This document shows, piece after piece, positions 48,379-58,068 of a stretch of 64,000 bases of DNA; position 1 is the first letter of the stretch; each line of letters opens with the position of its first letter. This DNA is from an uncultured Campylobacter sp. (lineage in GTDB: Bacteria > Campylobacterota > Campylobacteria > Campylobacterales > Campylobacteraceae), in assembly GCA_963529235.1 (NCBI GenBank), contig CAURYE010000002.1, positions 76,167-140,166 on the forward strand. The letters are read 5' to 3'. The position numbers and the translations under genes are program-made. The notes below the pieces were generated by a model. That model saw only the letters and a list, made by a program, of their open reading frames with translations. It ran no database searches and had not been told where the DNA came from.

Positions 48379-48623
48379 AACTGGCATAATTTTTTTCAAA
48401 AACAGCATTTTGGTTTAAATTTCGATTTTTGCGCGCTTTGGGCGATAAAATTTACACTAACGCCTAAGCGCGATTTTAGACGTGAATTCGGCTGATACCG
48501 CGGATTTAAATTTTTTAAAAGAAAGCAAAATTTAGGGCGGCAAATCTACCGCCTTTACTAGAGTTAAATTTGATCTATTTTAAGGTAAAATTTTAAGTAT
48601 TGAGGCGCAAAGCTAGGCTAAGC

Positions 48624-49805
48624 TTAGCTAAGCTTTTTTGGCTTAAACGCCCTTTTTGCCGTCATATAAAAGCCACTAAATATAAAAAGCGCCATCAAAA
48701 GCGAAACCGCCGACCACAAAATTTTACCCGCAATCCCGAAAAAATATCCCGTATGCAGCTGGTAGTTCGTGCTCTTTACCATACCCGCCGTTATGCCCTC
48801 GGTTTGCTTTTGCTCCGTCATCTTGCCCTCTTTTACGTCTACGGACGTCATTTTAGGAAAAGCCGTACTAGGCGCATCAGGCTCGTAGTATCTGATGCTT
48901 ATCTTATCTCCGGCTGCTAGCATCAAGCTAAGTTCTTTATACTCCGTGCCGCTTGATTTAAATATCTCGTAAGCTCTCTGCGCGTCGCTAAATTTATACT
49001 CGGCGCTCTTTTTAGCCTCGTCTTTTACGGGGCCCGACTTGGACTCGTTTTGGGGCATATTTTGCGAACTGACGAAAAGTTTCATTTCCATATCGCTATA
49101 CCAGCGGTACGACCACGTTAGGCCGGTTAGACAGATAATTAGATAGATTACCGCGCTTAAGGCGCCTAGGCTCGTGTGTAAGTTGTGAAAAAGGGCGTAT
49201 TTTTTGAGTTTAAAATTCGGCGTAACAGCTGCGGAAAATTTTCGCTTAAGGCGCGGAAAATGCAGCCAAACGCCGCTTATCACAAGGATTATCATAGCAA
49301 CCGTGCTTGCGCCTACTATTTGCTTGCCGACCTCGCCCGCGGTTTTATCGCCGCTTAGCGCAAGCCCTAAATTTCGGTGCAGCGACATAACCGTGCGCAC
49401 GAAAGCGGTGCCGTAGTCCTTGCCGATTATTTGCGCGGTATAGGGATTAACCAAATACGCTTCGCTCCTGTTAGCATAAATTTTGACCGCTTCGTTTTCG
49501 CTTTTTTGCAACACCAGCCTTGCGGACTGTTTGATGCCCGTTTGCTCGCTAAAGCTTTGCAAAATTTTCTCCACGCTTAGCATTTCGCCGGTTTTTTCGA
49601 CCTTGACGGAGTTTAAATTTATAAGCTCCTCAAGCTCGTTTTGATACGACAAAATCGCGCCCGTAACGCCGATAAGAAGTAGCGGAATAGCAAAAATAAT
49701 CGATAAAATCAGGTGGAGATTAAACAAAAACTGATTTCTTCTTAAAGCCTTTTTTAAAAATGAAAGCAAGTTGCATCCTTTAAATTTGATTTTGATTATA
49801 TTCAA
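48624..49805 (-). CDS. PepSY-associated TM-helix protein (second copy)
   Basis: 393 aa with N-terminal HLILSIIFAIPLLLIGVTGAILSY and C-terminal NYQLHTGYFFGIAGKILW motifs typical of PepSY_TM proteins. Confidence 0.82.
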   Translation of the reverse strand: MNIIKIKFKGCNLLSFLKKALRRNQFLFNLHLILSIIFAIPLLLIGVTGAILSYQNELEELINLNSVKVEKTGEMLSVEKILQSFSEQTGIKQSARLVLQKSENEAVKIYANRSEAYLVNPYTAQIIGKDYGTAFVRTVMSLHRNLGLALSGDKTAGEVGKQIVGASTVAMIILVISGVWLHFPRLKRKFSAAVTPNFKLKKYALFHNLHTSLGALSAVIYLIICLTGLTWSYRWYSDMEMKLFVSSQNMPQNESKSGPVKDEAKKSAEYKFSDAQRAYEIFKSSGTEYKELSLMLAAGDKISIRYYEPDAPSTAFPKMTSVDVKEGKMTEQKQTEGITAGMVKSTNYQLHTGYFFGIAGKILWSAVSLLMALFIFSGFYMTAKRAFKPKKLS

Positions 49806-49917
49806 AGGCCGTGATTATATAAGTTAATGCTTAAGAAATTGTTAAGTCCAAAAAAGCATTAATCGCGCATTTAGCAAATTTGAGATAAAATCGCTCAAAT
49901 TTAAACAAGGAAAAAAG

Positions 49918-51237
49918 ATGAGCGATATCGGCGTAGTGGTGCTTGCCGCGGGGCTTGGCACGAGGATGAAATCAACTAAACCAAAGGTGCTTTTCGAGCT
50001 TTGCGGAGAGCCGATGATTATCCATATTTTGCGCAAAGCTTATGAGATCAGTAGCGACGTGAGCGTGGTTTTGAGCTATCAAAAAGAGCTAGTGGGAGCC
50101 AAAATCAAAGAGATTTTCCCTCAAACTAAAATTTACGAGCAAAATTTAAAAGAGTTCCCTGGCACTGCGGGCGCGCTAAAAAACATCCCGCTAAATAGCG
50201 AAAAAACGCTGATTTTGTGCGGAGATATGCCGCTTATCAAAACCAACGACCTAATCCGCCTAAGCGCGGGCAACTCAGACATCGCGCTAAGCGTTTTTGA
50301 GGCGGCAGACCCCTACGGATACGGCCGCGTTATCATAAGTAACGGCAAAGTAGAGGCCATCGTCGAGCAAAAAGACGCGACCGAGACGCAAAAAATGATA
50401 AGAAGCGCAAACGCCGGCTGCTACTGCTTTAAAAGCGAAGTTTTACGCGAGATTTTGCCTCTCATCGGCAACGAAAACTCGCAGAAAGAATTTTACCTAA
50501 CCGACGCGATAAAAATCGCAAACGAGCGCGGTCTAAAGTGCTGGGCCATCAGCGTCGAAGAGCAAAATTTCATGGGTATAAACGATAAATTTCAGCTCAG
50601 TATCGCCCAAAATTTGATGCAGGACGAGATTAAGAAAAATTTAATGAAAAGCGGCGTGCTAATGCGGCTACCAAATAGCATTTACATCGATGTTAGGGCA
50701 AAATTTGAAGGCGAATGCGTCATCGAAGAAAACGTAAGCGTCATCGGAGAGTGCCTCATCAAAAACTCCGTCATCAAAAGCGGCTCGGTCGTAGAAAACT
50801 CCGTCATCGAGGACTCAGACATCGGCCCGCTCGCACACCTGCGCCCAAAATGCGAGATCAAAAACACCCACATCGGAAATTTCGTCGAGCTCAAAGCAGC
50901 CAGGCTAAACGGCGTCAAAGCAGGCCACCTAAGCTATCTGGGCGACTGCGAGATAGGCCCTGGCTCAAACGTAGGCTGCGGCACGATCACATGCAACTAC
51001 GACGGCAAAGCCAAGCACAAAACGATAATCGGCAAAAACGTCTTTATCGGCTCGGACACACAGCTCATAGCTCCCGTAAAAGTCGGCGACGACGTGCTAA
51101 TCGCCGCGGGCAGCACCGTAACTAGCGACGTGCCAAGCGGCGCGTTAGCCATCAGCCGTACGAAACAGGTAAATAAAGAAGGCTTTTTTTATAAATTTTT
51201 TAACGACGCGAAAAGCGACGAAAATGCTAAAAAATAA
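49918..51237 (+). CDS. glmU: bifunctional GlcNAc-1-P uridyltransferase / GlcN-1-P acetyltransferase
   Basis: N-terminal VVLAAGLGTRMKS motif and C-terminal left-handed beta-helix hexapeptide repeats. 439 aa. Confidence 0.96.
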   Translation: MSDIGVVVLAAGLGTRMKSTKPKVLFELCGEPMIIHILRKAYEISSDVSVVLSYQKELVGAKIKEIFPQTKIYEQNLKEFPGTAGALKNIPLNSEKTLILCGDMPLIKTNDLIRLSAGNSDIALSVFEAADPYGYGRVIISNGKVEAIVEQKDATETQKMIRSANAGCYCFKSEVLREILPLIGNENSQKEFYLTDAIKIANERGLKCWAISVEEQNFMGINDKFQLSIAQNLMQDEIKKNLMKSGVLMRLPNSIYIDVRAKFEGECVIEENVSVIGECLIKNSVIKSGSVVENSVIEDSDIGPLAHLRPKCEIKNTHIGNFVELKAARLNGVKAGHLSYLGDCEIGPGSNVGCGTITCNYDGKAKHKTIIGKNVFIGSDTQLIAPVKVGDDVLIAAGSTVTSDVPSGALAISRTKQVNKEGFFYKFFNDAKSDENAKK

Positions 51238-52399
51238 AAAAATTTTGCTCGCGGTTTGCGGCAGTATCGCGTTTTACAAGGCTTATGAGATTTTATCCGC
51301 GCTAAAAAAAGAAGGCGCGGACATGCGGGTTATGCTTAGCGACGGCGCGCTTAAATTTTGCTCGGAAGCGGGCTTTGAAGCGCTATGCGAGCATAAAATT
51401 TTAACCTCGCGCACGGAGAGTTGGCAGGACGGGCTAAATCACATCGCCTACGCCAAAACCGATCTAATCCTCATCGCGCCCGCGAGCGTAAATACGATAA
51501 ACAAGCTTGCAAGCGGCATTTGCGATAACGTCTTCATGCAGACTCTGATCGCTAGCCCTGCTCCCCTACTCATCGCGCCGGCAGCCAACGACAAAATGAT
51601 AAATCACTTCGCCACGCGCAAAAATTTCGAGTTTTTAGCGGAAAACGGCGCTAGATTTATCGAGCCGGTAGAAAAAACCCTAGCATGCGGCGATATGGGC
51701 AAAGGCGCGCTGGCAGACGTTTCTACGATCATCTACGAAACCAAAAGGATGCTAACGGAGCCAAAATTTAAAGGACAAAAGGTGATCGTAACGGGCGGCG
51801 CCACGAGCGAAAAGATCGACGACGTAAGAGCCGTGACGAATCTATCCAGCGGCAAGATGTCAAAAGCGCTGGCGGACGCATTTTACTACGCGGGTGCGGA
51901 CGTGACGCTGATAGCCAGCTTTGAGACGACAAACGCGCCTTATAAAACGCTAAAATTTCAAAGTTCGGCGGAGCTAAAAGAGCTACTGCACGCAAATTTG
52001 ACGGACGCAAATTTACTCGCGATGGCGGCTGCGGTTAGCGATTACGCTCCAAAAACCAAATTTGAAGGCAAGCTAAAAAAGCAAAACTTAGGTGAAATTT
52101 GGACGCTAGAGCTAGCGCAAAATAGCGATGTTTTGGGCTCGATGGCGGATTTTAAAAACGTCAAAAAAATCGGCTTTAAAATGGAAACGGACGCCGCAAA
52201 CGCCATGCAAAACGCAAAAAATATGCTTGAAAAAAAGAGCCTCGACGCCGTCTGTCTAAACGTGCTGGGCGGCGATATAAATTTCGGCTCGGATAGCACG
52301 CAAATCACCTTTATAACGCATCGAGGCGCGCAAAATATCGCGCTAACGTCCAAAGAGGATGCGGCGCGGCAAATCGTAAATTTAGCAAGCAAGCTATGA
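51224..52399 (+). CDS. coaBC: bifunctional phosphopantothenoylcysteine decarboxylase / synthetase
   Basis: N-terminal flavoprotein domain (ILLAVCGSIAFYKA) and C-terminal DFP domain (VTGGATSEKIDDVRAVTNLSSGKM ... AAAVSDY). Confidence 0.95.
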   Translation: MLKNKKILLAVCGSIAFYKAYEILSALKKEGADMRVMLSDGALKFCSEAGFEALCEHKILTSRTESWQDGLNHIAYAKTDLILIAPASVNTINKLASGICDNVFMQTLIASPAPLLIAPAANDKMINHFATRKNFEFLAENGARFIEPVEKTLACGDMGKGALADVSTIIYETKRMLTEPKFKGQKVIVTGGATSEKIDDVRAVTNLSSGKMSKALADAFYYAGADVTLIASFETTNAPYKTLKFQSSAELKELLHANLTDANLLAMAAAVSDYAPKTKFEGKLKKQNLGEIWTLELAQNSDVLGSMADFKNVKKIGFKMETDAANAMQNAKNMLEKKSLDAVCLNVLGGDINFGSDSTQITFITHRGAQNIALTSKEDAARQIVNLASKL

Positions 52400-53076
52400 T
52401 AAATCCCGTCTCACGAGTGCAAAAAATCGCAAGCGGCGGCGCGGGCACGGCTCTAAACGCGAGCCTGCCCATCAGCATCAAAGTCGCCGAAAAGACGGGC
52501 TACAATCGCTACAATCTTAAAATGGGCAACAAAATCCTAAGCACGAAAAGCATGAAAAGCCTCGACGTGGACGGCGAATACTGGGGCGAGATCGCAAGCG
52601 GTACCGAAAATATCGTGATAAGAAATCTCTTTAAAAAGCCGAGCTTAGCCTACGCCGCGCCTGAGGGACTCGCGCTGATAGAAAGGCTAATAAGCGAGCC
52701 CGATCTAAACTGGTTTTATGAATATATATTTAACGGACTTAGCGCGGCAGACTCGCGGGAATCTTTTGAAAATCTAGCTCAAATGCTACTTGCGCTACAA
52801 AAAAATATCATTAATATTTCGTTTGTTTATAACGGCGCAAAAGGCGTTTTTCAGATGAAATTTGACGGCGCCCGCACGAGTCAAATTTACCTCGTTTTTT
52901 CAAATTTCGCTCCGATTATTTTCACGCTAAAAGGCGCCGGGATAATCAGCGCGCAGACGCCGTTTGACAAGGTCGCTAGGCTCTTGCGAGATGAATTTGA
53001 CTGCGAAGCGCAAACGACTCAAAACATCGCCGCTTTCTTTGATCCAAGCGGCAAAATAATTGATTTTAAGGGCTAA
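52396..53076 (+). CDS. conserved hypothetical protein
   Basis: 226-aa ORF coupled (ATGA overlap) to coaBC and immediately followed by uppS. No recognisable motif. Confidence 0.6.
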   Translation: MINPVSRVQKIASGGAGTALNASLPISIKVAEKTGYNRYNLKMGNKILSTKSMKSLDVDGEYWGEIASGTENIVIRNLFKKPSLAYAAPEGLALIERLISEPDLNWFYEYIFNGLSAADSRESFENLAQMLLALQKNIINISFVYNGAKGVFQMKFDGARTSQIYLVFSNFAPIIFTLKGAGIISAQTPFDKVARLLRDEFDCEAQTTQNIAAFFDPSGKIIDFKG

Positions 53077-53077
53077 A

Positions 53078-53779
53078 ATGAACGAGCTAAATCACCTAGC
53101 TATCATAATGGACGGCAACGGCAGATGGGCCAAAAGCCGCGGTTTGCTACGCACCAAAGGGCATGAAACGGGTGCGAACGTCGTAGAGCAGATGTGCGAG
53201 TTTTGCATCGATGAGGGCGTGGCGGTACTGAGCCTATACGCATTTAGCACCGAAAACTGGAAGCGCCCAAAGAGCGAAGTGGCGTTTTTGATGGAGCTTT
53301 TACACAAATTTTTGCTCTCAAAACGCGAGAGTTTTATCAAAAACGGCATCAAATTTAACGTTATCGGCGACGAAAGTCCGCTAAGCGACAAGCTAAAAAA
53401 CGAGATAACCGAGATCAAAAACGCAACCGCTCAAAACTCGCGGTTAAAGCTAAATTTGGCGCTAAACTACGGTGCTAAAGATGAAATTTTAAGAGCTTTT
53501 AAAAGATTTTGCGAAAAAAACGGCGGCGAATTTGACGCCCAAAACCTAGCCCTAAATTTAAGCGAAGATAGCCTGCAAGCCTGCCTCGACGAGCCAGCAC
53601 CCATCGATCTTCTCGTGCGCACCGGCGGCGAGCAGAGGCTATCAAATTTTATGCTTTGGCAGGCTAGCTACGCCGAGTTTGCCTTTACGCCTACGCTTTG
53701 GCCTAATTTTACGCGCGAGGAGCTAGCTCAGATAACAGCGAAATTTAAGAAAAAAGACAGAAGGTTTGGCGGACTTTAA
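53078..53779 (+). CDS. uppS: undecaprenyl-diphosphate synthase
   Basis: HLAIIMDGNGRWA and FSTENWKRP motifs. The ATG at 53078, just after the upstream stop, is preferred to the ORF-track start at 53060. Confidence 0.95.
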   Translation: MNELNHLAIIMDGNGRWAKSRGLLRTKGHETGANVVEQMCEFCIDEGVAVLSLYAFSTENWKRPKSEVAFLMELLHKFLLSKRESFIKNGIKFNVIGDESPLSDKLKNEITEIKNATAQNSRLKLNLALNYGAKDEILRAFKRFCEKNGGEFDAQNLALNLSEDSLQACLDEPAPIDLLVRTGGEQRLSNFMLWQASYAEFAFTPTLWPNFTREELAQITAKFKKKDRRFGGL

Positions 53780-54139
53780 AATTTGAGCTTTTAGCTGCCG
53801 CCCTCTTTTAAATTTACGTCTTTTTATTTTACCCGCTCGCAAAAAAGGCTTTTAAATTTTACGAGCCAAAAGCCTTGCCGCAGCGCCGTTTTGCATAAAT
53901 TTTAAACCGAAATCTTTAAATTTAAAATCATTCAAGGCAATATTTCGCTAAAATCGCCTTTAAATTTTTGCATTTTATATTTTTGCGGCGCAAAAGACGA
54001 GGCAAATTTTAGATCAAATTAACGCGACAAATCAGCAATTTTACGCAAAGATTATCTTTTAAAACGTCGCGACTTGGTTTAAAAAGCCGAGTTTTTAGCG
54101 CAAGCTCGCAAAAACGGAATAAATTTAAATAGGAGAGTT

Positions 54140-54946
54140 ATGATTTTTGCCGTTTTATTTTTTATTTTAGGCGCCGCAGTCGGCAGCTTTAGCAACGTCC
54201 TAATCTACCGTATGCCGCGCGGCGAGAGTATAAATTTCCCCGCCTCGCACTGCCAAAGCTGTAAAACCCCGCTAAAGCCGTATCACAACATACCGATTTT
54301 CGCGTGGCTGTTTTTGCGCGGCAAATGCGCGTTTTGCGGCGAAAAAATCAGCTTTCAGTATCCGCTCGTTGAGCTTGCTAGCGCCCTGCTTTGCGTGCTT
54401 GCGTATTTTTTCGAAACACGCGGGCTAGAGATGTTTACAGACGGCTTTTACGCCGCTATTTTTAAGGCGGCGATGCTTGGTATCTGCTTTATCTTGCTGC
54501 TAGCGCTTAGCCTCATTGATTTTCGCTACAAAGCCGTTCCCGATCCGCTGCTTTTCGCTAGCGTTGCATTTTCGCTGCTTTACGGTTTTAATCTCCCCGC
54601 CTCTTTTGACTCCCAGGGGCTTTTACAGGCCTTTGGTTCGTTTATAAACGCCGCGATTTTTATGTTTGCCTTTTGGCTACTTCGCGCGGTCGTTAGCCTA
54701 GCTCTTAAGCGCGAAGCCATGGGTTCTGCAGATATTTTTATCGCGGGCATTATGGGTGCGATTTTAGGTATCAAGCTCGGCCTCATGGCGATCTACGTCT
54801 CGGCACTACTGACGCTGCCTGCATACGTTATCGTGCAAAAGCGCGGATACGAGCTGCCTTTCGTGCCGTTTCTAAGCCTTGCTACGCTTATCGTTTATGC
54901 ATTTAAGGATCAGTTTTTTTTACTCATGAGGCTCATTTATGGATAG
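54140..54946 (+). CDS. A24-family prepilin peptidase
   Basis: N-terminal CxxC ... CxxC zinc knuckle (HCQSCKTPL ... GKCAFCGEKIS) followed by polytopic peptidase A24 helices. Confidence 0.88.
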   Translation: MIFAVLFFILGAAVGSFSNVLIYRMPRGESINFPASHCQSCKTPLKPYHNIPIFAWLFLRGKCAFCGEKISFQYPLVELASALLCVLAYFFETRGLEMFTDGFYAAIFKAAMLGICFILLLALSLIDFRYKAVPDPLLFASVAFSLLYGFNLPASFDSQGLLQAFGSFINAAIFMFAFWLLRAVVSLALKREAMGSADIFIAGIMGAILGIKLGLMAIYVSALLTLPAYVIVQKRGYELPFVPFLSLATLIVYAFKDQFFLLMRLIYG

Positions 54947-55964
54947 GACGGCGCGCTATCTCTTATCAAACTTTCTAGGCACGTTTGCATCGCTATTTGC
55001 GACGCTTTTTCTCATCATGTCAATCGTGTTTTTTATCCAGATCGCGCGCATCACCTCCTATATCGAGATTACGTTTTTAGAGCTTTTTAAACTTTATATG
55101 TTTATGTTGCCTAGAGTGTTGCTTTTTACCGTGCCGATCGCGTTTTTTGCATCTCTTGCGCTTGTTTTTTTCAGGCTTTCTCGCGAAAACGAGAGTATCG
55201 TGCTTTTTACGCTCGGATATTCGCCCGTTAAGATCGCTAAATTTTTCCTCATCGTTAGCGGCGCCGTTTCAGCCTTTCTCATCGTTACCGCAGTAGTGCT
55301 GATCCCCACGGCCGCGGAGCTAAACTCAAATTTCGTCTCGTACAAAAAAACCGTCGCCAAGCTAAATTTAAAAACAACCGAATTCGGGCAAAAATTCTCC
55401 GACTGGATGGTCTTTATTCAAAACGAAAAGGACGATGAAAACGGCACTCTTTACGAGGGCGTGACGCTTTATTCGCCAAAAGAAGGCGCACATAGGTTCG
55501 TTCTAGCTAAAAACGCTCGCTTAACTAATAGCAATGCCACGCTTGAGCTTACGCTAGCTGAAGGTAAAATTTACGATATCGGCGATACCTCGTGGCATAA
55601 AACGGACTTTGGCACGATGAAAATCCGCACCGTCCAAGAGGACAGCGTCGCGCAGACGAAGTCGTTTGTACAGTATTGGCAAATGATGAGCGAGGATAAA
55701 AAGCGCGCCAAGGACTTTGCTACCTACGTTCTCATCGCGCTTTTCCCGCTAGCGACGACGCTTTTTGCTTTGAGTCTGGGCATCGTAACCTACCGCTACG
55801 AAAAGGGCTTTGTGTATTTTGGGATATTTGGCGTGCTATTTGGCTATTTTACGCTTATTATGCTCTTTAGTTCGCGAGTTTTTATCGCGATTGCGGCGAT
55901 ATTTTCGCTATTTTTTATCGCCTCGATTTTTAGCTTTAGGGCTAAAATTTTAAAAAGATACTAA
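54939..55964 (+). CDS. LptF/LptG (YjgP/YjgQ) family LPS export permease
   Basis: N-terminal RYLLSNFLGTFASLF, three TM helices, a periplasmic beta-jellyroll region, then three TM helices. 341 aa. Confidence 0.85.
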   Translation: MDRTARYLLSNFLGTFASLFATLFLIMSIVFFIQIARITSYIEITFLELFKLYMFMLPRVLLFTVPIAFFASLALVFFRLSRENESIVLFTLGYSPVKIAKFFLIVSGAVSAFLIVTAVVLIPTAAELNSNFVSYKKTVAKLNLKTTEFGQKFSDWMVFIQNEKDDENGTLYEGVTLYSPKEGAHRFVLAKNARLTNSNATLELTLAEGKIYDIGDTSWHKTDFGTMKIRTVQEDSVAQTKSFVQYWQMMSEDKKRAKDFATYVLIALFPLATTLFALSLGIVTYRYEKGFVYFGIFGVLFGYFTLIMLFSSRVFIAIAAIFSLFFIASIFSFRAKILKRY

Positions 55965-56975
55965 GTGCGCCTTAAGCTTGTTTTTAGCTACGACGGGTCT
56001 AAATTTCAAGGCTCGCAGACTCAGCCGCACGAAAACGGCGTAGAGGACGCTCTGGGCGCGGCTCTAGCGCATGTGGGCATTTTTAGCAAAATAATCTCAA
56101 GTTCGCGCACCGATAAGGGCGTGCATGCAAACAACCAAGTAGCCTGCGTAGAGTGCGGCGAGCATTTTAGCGACTTTGCGCGCCTAAAAGCTCTCATCAA
56201 CCGCCACGCCCACCCGGCCGTTCACGTTAAATTTATAAGCCGCGCGCAGGACTGCTTCCACCCGCGCTACGACGCTACGGCCAGAGCCTACCGCTACGTC
56301 ATAAATCACGGCGAGTTTTCTCCTTTTTTGGCGCCTTACGAGACTTTTTTACCAAAATTCGACCCAAATTTAGCAAACGAGCTGCTTGCGCTTTTTGTCG
56401 GAGAGCATGATTTTAGCGCGTTTATGAAGCTTGGCAGCGATGTCAAAAGCCCAGTGCGGAGCGTCAAAAAAGCGTTTTGTTACGCGCGCGGCGAGCGGTC
56501 GATCATCGTTTTTAAAGCAAACGGCTTTTTGCGCGCCCAGGTTCGCCTCATGGTCGCTAGCGTCCTTAAGACGCTAGAGCTTGCAAAAAACGGCAAATTT
56601 AAAGAAACGGACAGGCTGGAGTCTAAATTTGAATGCGCGCAGACGGCAAAATCGGACAGAATGGCAAATTTAAACCAAAACAGCCGCGATGATATCTTGA
56701 TGACAAACGATGGAAGCGTAAATTTGACCGCCGCACAAGCGGTTTGCGCCGTCTCAAATTTTGACGCTACAAACTCAAATTTAAACAAAGCCGCAAGCAT
56801 AGATACTGAAAAAAATCTCGCAAAAATCAGCGATAAAAACTCAAACGGTTGCCGCGATGCAAATTTTCTCAAAGCAAAAGAGCTTTTACGCCGAGCTATC
56901 TACGAGCAAAAGCCGCTCACGCGTATCCCCGCGCCGCCAAACGGCCTTTATCTAAACCGAGTTTTTTACGAATGA
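55965..56975 (+). CDS. truA: tRNA pseudouridine(38-40) synthase TruA carrying a ~90-aa internal insertion
   Basis: GTG start. Motifs YDGSKFQGSQTQ, SSRTDKGVHA, FLRAQVRLMV and the C-terminal APPNGLYLNRVFY. At 336 aa it is well above the size I recall for typical TruA proteins (roughly 240-270 aa). Confidence 0.9.
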   Translation: MRLKLVFSYDGSKFQGSQTQPHENGVEDALGAALAHVGIFSKIISSSRTDKGVHANNQVACVECGEHFSDFARLKALINRHAHPAVHVKFISRAQDCFHPRYDATARAYRYVINHGEFSPFLAPYETFLPKFDPNLANELLALFVGEHDFSAFMKLGSDVKSPVRSVKKAFCYARGERSIIVFKANGFLRAQVRLMVASVLKTLELAKNGKFKETDRLESKFECAQTAKSDRMANLNQNSRDDILMTNDGSVNLTAAQAVCAVSNFDATNSNLNKAASIDTEKNLAKISDKNSNGCRDANFLKAKELLRRAIYEQKPLTRIPAPPNGLYLNRVFYE

Positions 56976-57879
56976 TAAGCCCAAAAATCATAGAAGCCAT
57001 CGACGCCGTAACGCAAAAGCAAAATGAGTGCAAAAAAGTAGTCAAAAAATACGCTACGTTTATGACTATAACGACATTTATCGCGCCGATACTACTTTTT
57101 ATTATTATGGAGCGACGCTTTGAAATATTCTTTCTTTCATTTGCAGTCATACCGATATACGTCACGCCGAGGATTCCAAAAGTAGAAAAAACGATGGAAG
57201 AGTATAGGAACTTCTACAAAAACGTTTTTGTTAGCACGGTAGTTGCCGATATAGATAGTAATTTTACATACGAGCCTCAAAAAGGCATCAGTGCAAACGA
57301 ATTTTATAAAAGCGGAATATACAGACGCATAAATTTTTACGGCGAAGACCAAATAAGCGGCACTTACGCTAATGTCAAATTTCAATTAAGCGAGGCTATA
57401 AAAGTAGAAAAAACATACGACTCAAACGGCTCAAAAAACCCTTATCTGGCGCTTTTGAGAGCAAGCAAGGTTATATATGCGAGTTTTATAAAAATTTCAA
57501 AGGACAAACGATACTAGCCGATAAGAAGGTGCTAAATACGAAAATATCTGGCGAAAAAGAGATACTTGACGATACGGAGTTTAACGACGAATTTCGCGTA
57601 TTTACCGACGACAAAATAGAAGCGCGCTATCTTTTAAGTCCCGGTTTTATGCAACGTTTGCGCGAGGTTAAGCAGGGTTTTGACAGCGCCGTATCGCTAA
57701 GCGCGGCATTTATGGACGATAAATTTTATCTCTTTTTAAACGGCGCAAAAAACCGTTTTGAAAGTTCGCTATTGGACCCGCCGCTAAGCCTTTCTGACGC
57801 ACAGGCCATAAAAGACGAGATATTGCGGCTATTACGCGTCATAGACGAGTTAAATTTGAGCCTTGACGTTTATAAATAA
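56972..57879 (+). pseudogene. DUF3137-like membrane protein gene interrupted by a frameshift (two ORF fragments)
   Basis: The 56972-57517 fragment and the 57529-57879 ORF are joined by a -1 frame that is open from about 57376. Adding one A to the A6 tract (57433-57438) gives one continuous ~300-aa protein. The family assignment is from memory. Confidence 0.55.
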
Positions 57880-58068
57880 TTTTGCTTGGACGGTAAATTT
57901 TGCCGACTACGAGCTTAAAATTTGATGGTAAATTCGCTCAGATTAAACGCGCAAAACTTCGCAACGCCGCATAAAGTCGGTCTCTCATAGTAGGCGCCTA
58001 TTTTCACATTTAACGGCACTAATCTAAAATAAATACGGCCGGCGCTTGCCCATAAATTTGAGCCAAAT

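Noticed and set aside
50715-51125. Arg/His-rich 136-aa ORF in an alternative frame of glmU, and similar Arg-rich ORFs at 12193-12390, 44273-44593 and 47265-47504
   Set aside because: They are embedded in, or antisense to, well-supported conserved genes. The highly basic low-complexity products are typical of off-frame translation.
56849-56971. ORF-track N-terminal extension of the DUF3137-like ORF overlapping the end of truA, and likewise 63529-63591 for HU, 53060-53077 for uppS and 62614-62637 for flgL
   Set aside because: The extensions overlap upstream genes or predicted promoters and lack an SD. In-frame downstream ATGs with an SD give N-termini typical of the families.
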